Below are positions 61,677 to 64,000 of a stretch of 64,000 nucleotides of DNA, piece by piece. The translations under genes were made by a program, and so were the position numbers. The DNA lies in contig BTWA01000013.1 in the NCBI GenBank assembly GCA_045863295.1, positions 32,001 through 96,000 on the forward strand. The letters are read 5' to 3'. Origin of the DNA: Candidatus Hydrogenedentota bacterium. Lineage in GTDB: Bacteria; Hydrogenedentota; Hydrogenedentia; Hydrogenedentales; SLHB01. Positions within the stretch are counted from its first letter, which is position 1, and every line of letters starts with the position of its first letter. The notes under the pieces are model-generated. The model was not told the DNA's origin. It made no database searches and saw only the letters and a list, made by a program, of their open reading frames with translations.

Positions 61677-62287
61677 TTGGTTTCCTCCCGGATTCCTTTC
61701 TTTTCCGCGTTGCTTGGATCGATCCAGACAAACAATTTCGTGCCCCGGACCGCCACGATTCCCACGGGCGTCTCCATTTTCACGGAGTCCGGCGACAATT
61801 TCGCAATTACCCCGCTCACGTACGAAAACGTACCCTTTACCAATTGCGTTACCAGGGAGTAATTCTCGTCGATTGGCTCGAACGCGTAGTCCTTCAATTT
61901 AATTTCGCTGGAAACTCCCAGCGCCAGCATGGAATCGTCGCGCAGAACTATTCCTACGTGGCCATCGTCGGCGGTGCGAACGGCATCGGCTTCAAACAGC
62001 CGCTCCCCGACGTCTGCTTCCAATTCGCTTCCCTCGCGCAACACATACGCTTTGCCCTTGACCTTGGTGATGCTGCCTATGGCCGACGCATTTTCCGGGT
62101 CGTTATCCGTTTCCTGGGCCGCAGCCAAGTCCGTTCGGCCCGAACCGGATGGTTGGGTGACAACTGGGTCGTCAGGTGTGGATTCGGGGGGCGAGTGCGG
62201 CTCCGGCGTTCCGGCCAGCGCCGACTGCCAAGTCCCAGCCAGCACCAGCCCTAGGACTGTGAAAATACGAAAGTCGAATCGTTGCAT
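61673..62287 (-). CDS. FecR-domain periplasmic protein
   Basis: Signal peptide; D.VRT..DG..GI.L.D.S.L.LG..S, ETPVGIVAVRGT; AGGAGG RBS. Confidence 0.85.
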   Translation of the reverse strand: MQRFDFRIFTVLGLVLAGTWQSALAGTPEPHSPPESTPDDPVVTQPSGSGRTDLAAAQETDNDPENASAIGSITKVKGKAYVLREGSELEADVGERLFEADAVRTADDGHVGIVLRDDSMLALGVSSEIKLKDYAFEPIDENYSLVTQLVKGTFSYVSGVIAKLSPDSVKMETPVGIVAVRGTKLFVWIDPSNAEKKGIREETK

Positions 62288-62752
62288 GGCGTTACTCCTC
62301 CTGGGTATATATCCGGCAGGAATTCCGGCCGGCATAACACTACCCGTTGTCTGCCAGAACCGCCTTCACGCCGTGGATGCGAGGGCATCCACAATTCAAT
62401 TCGAGTATTCTGATCCACGCCGCATGCATTTCCACGACCCGCACTGCGCTGGAAATAGGCCAATCCCGTACAGCCCTGCCAGTATTACGGGAATTCCGTT
62501 GCCTCAGAAGTGTACCACAGCGAGTTCCAAACTGTAACTCAATTTGCCGGCAATCCATCGCCAGAATGGAGAAACGTGCGGTTTGTCACGAAGGGGGGAA
62601 ATCCGCCATCATAGGAGCAGGTGCGTCCGCCGGGGCGTACCCACGGAGCCGATGACGCAGGAGGCAACTTCGCCTCCCCACGGGCGATCAATCGAGATAC
62701 GATTCGAGGTTCCGCAGGGAGCCTCAAGCCATTCCGAAGGAGGAAGAGTTCA

Positions 62753-64000
62753 ATGCCAGATCAGAACGATGTCAGCCGCCGGGATTTTATGCAGGGAGCG
62801 GCCAAAGCGGCCGGCGTGGCGGCCGGCGCCGGAGCCTTGGCGCAAGCCGCCAATGCCGACGTGTACAAGCGGATTCTTCCCCAGACCGTCTTGGGCGCCA
62901 ACGAAAAACTTCTCAGCGGCCATATCGGCGTGGGGCAAATGGGTAAACGCGATCTGCAATTCGTAATGCTGCGGGAAGACGTTCAGCCGGTCGCCGTGTG
63001 CGACTTGTTTCCGCCCAATTTGGACCAGGCAACTCAGATCATTTCCGCGAAATATCCCGAGCCCACGAAACACACTTATTTCGAAGAAGTGATCGCGAAC
63101 AAAGACATCGACATCATCGTCGTGGTGACTCCCGACCATTGGCATACCGTCCCAACGCTTATGGCGTTCGAAGCCGGCAAGGATGTGTATTGCGAAAAAC
63201 CCATGTCCACGACCATCGAGGAAGGCCAGGCCATCGTCGCATCCGCGAAAGAGCATGACCGCATTTATCAATCCGGCACGATGCAGCGTAGCGGCGTGTA
63301 TTTTCAGGAAGCCGTCAAAATGGTGCAAGACGGCTATATCGGCAAAATTGGCCGCGTCGAGACCTTCAACTACGACACGGGCACGGTCAAAGGTATTGGA
63401 AATCCGCCAGACGAACCCGCGCCGTCATGGCTTGATTGGGAGCGGTACGTTGGCTGGACGCGCACTGTTCCGTTCAACAAAAACCGTTTTCAATACAATT
63501 TCCGCTGGTTTACGGAGTACTCCGGTGGAAAGATTACGGACTGGGGCGCCCACTTGCTCGATATTGCCATCTGGGCCATGGGCGAAGACAAACAGCCGAA
63601 AGCGGTGACCGCGGGCGGCGGCAACTTCGTTCTCGAAGACAACCGCACCACGCCTGATACGTTGAACGTATCCTGGGAGTTCGACAACTACCTCCTGACC
63701 TTCTCCAACATGGCCTGGAATCCCTATCCTGAGATGAAAGGTCCCGGGCACGGCATCTATTTCCACGGCACGCTGGGCAGCATGCTCGTGGATCGGCGCG
63801 GCTATCAGGTGTTCCCGTTCCGGGACAACGGCGGTTGCGAACCGGTCAGCAAACTGGACGCGCGGGAAATGGACATGAACACCGGTCATTGGGAAAACTT
63901 CATCCAGTGCGTGCGCGATCACAAGCCCACAATCTGCAACCCCGAAGTGGCCTACAACACGATTCGCACCTGCGTTACCGGCAAGGCCGCTTACCTCGCC
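62753..64000 (+). CDS. Tat-exported Gfo/Idh/MocA oxidoreductase (runs off the window; absent from the ORF track)
   Basis: GGAGG RBS; MPDQNDVSRRDFMQG Tat motif, GHIGVGQMG, VTPDHWH, YCEKP, EYSGGKITDWGAHLLD. Confidence 0.9.
   Translation, partial: MPDQNDVSRRDFMQGAAKAAGVAAGAGALAQAANADVYKRILPQTVLGANEKLLSGHIGVGQMGKRDLQFVMLREDVQPVAVCDLFPPNLDQATQIISAKYPEPTKHTYFEEVIANKDIDIIVVVTPDHWHTVPTLMAFEAGKDVYCEKPMSTTIEEGQAIVASAKEHDRIYQSGTMQRSGVYFQEAVKMVQDGYIGKIGRVETFNYDTGTVKGIGNPPDEPAPSWLDWERYVGWTRTVPFNKNRFQYNFRWFTEYSGGKITDWGAHLLDIAIWAMGEDKQPKAVTAGGGNFVLEDNRTTPDTLNVSWEFDNYLLTFSNMAWNPYPEMKGPGHGIYFHGTLGSMLVDRRGYQVFPFRDNGGCEPVSKLDAREMDMNTGHWENFIQCVRDHKPTICNPEVAYNTIRTCVTGKAAYLA

Overview
GC-rich, gene-dense chromosomal segment of a diderm bacterium. 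The Tat-exported Gfo/Idh/MocA enzymes, DUF1080, HEAT-repeat protein, Bat operon and GH78 suggest a Hydrogenedentota- or PVC-like organism, but that is inference only. About 56 CDS are supported. Housekeeping/metabolic genes: a trans-sulfuration enzyme, thiolase, galK, fba, thrS, a fused 2-oxoacid dehydrogenase E1 with E2, a threonine-synthase-like enzyme, a GS-family ligase, degP/degQ and a MoxR-Bat operon. Other modules: a sulfate-uptake cluster (Rrf2 regulator, porin, 63-aa peptide, sbp-cysT-cysW-cysA), a PAS phosphorelay, a stand-alone MshEN protein and a FecR-OmpA-CHASE2/HD-GYP module. No rRNA, tRNA, CRISPR array, transposase or phage gene was seen. The most notable non-coding signals are: (1) two diverged, inverted copies of a ~200-230 bp MITE-like element (7883-8085, 15815-16046), each flanked by a YTAR 4-bp duplication; (2) a near-consensus sigma70 promoter overlapped by an E. 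coli-type SOS box in front of an unknown 67-aa ORF; (3) two copies of a 25-bp CymR-like operator; (4) two sigma54 promoters. All calls come from reading the sequence by eye; no searches were run.
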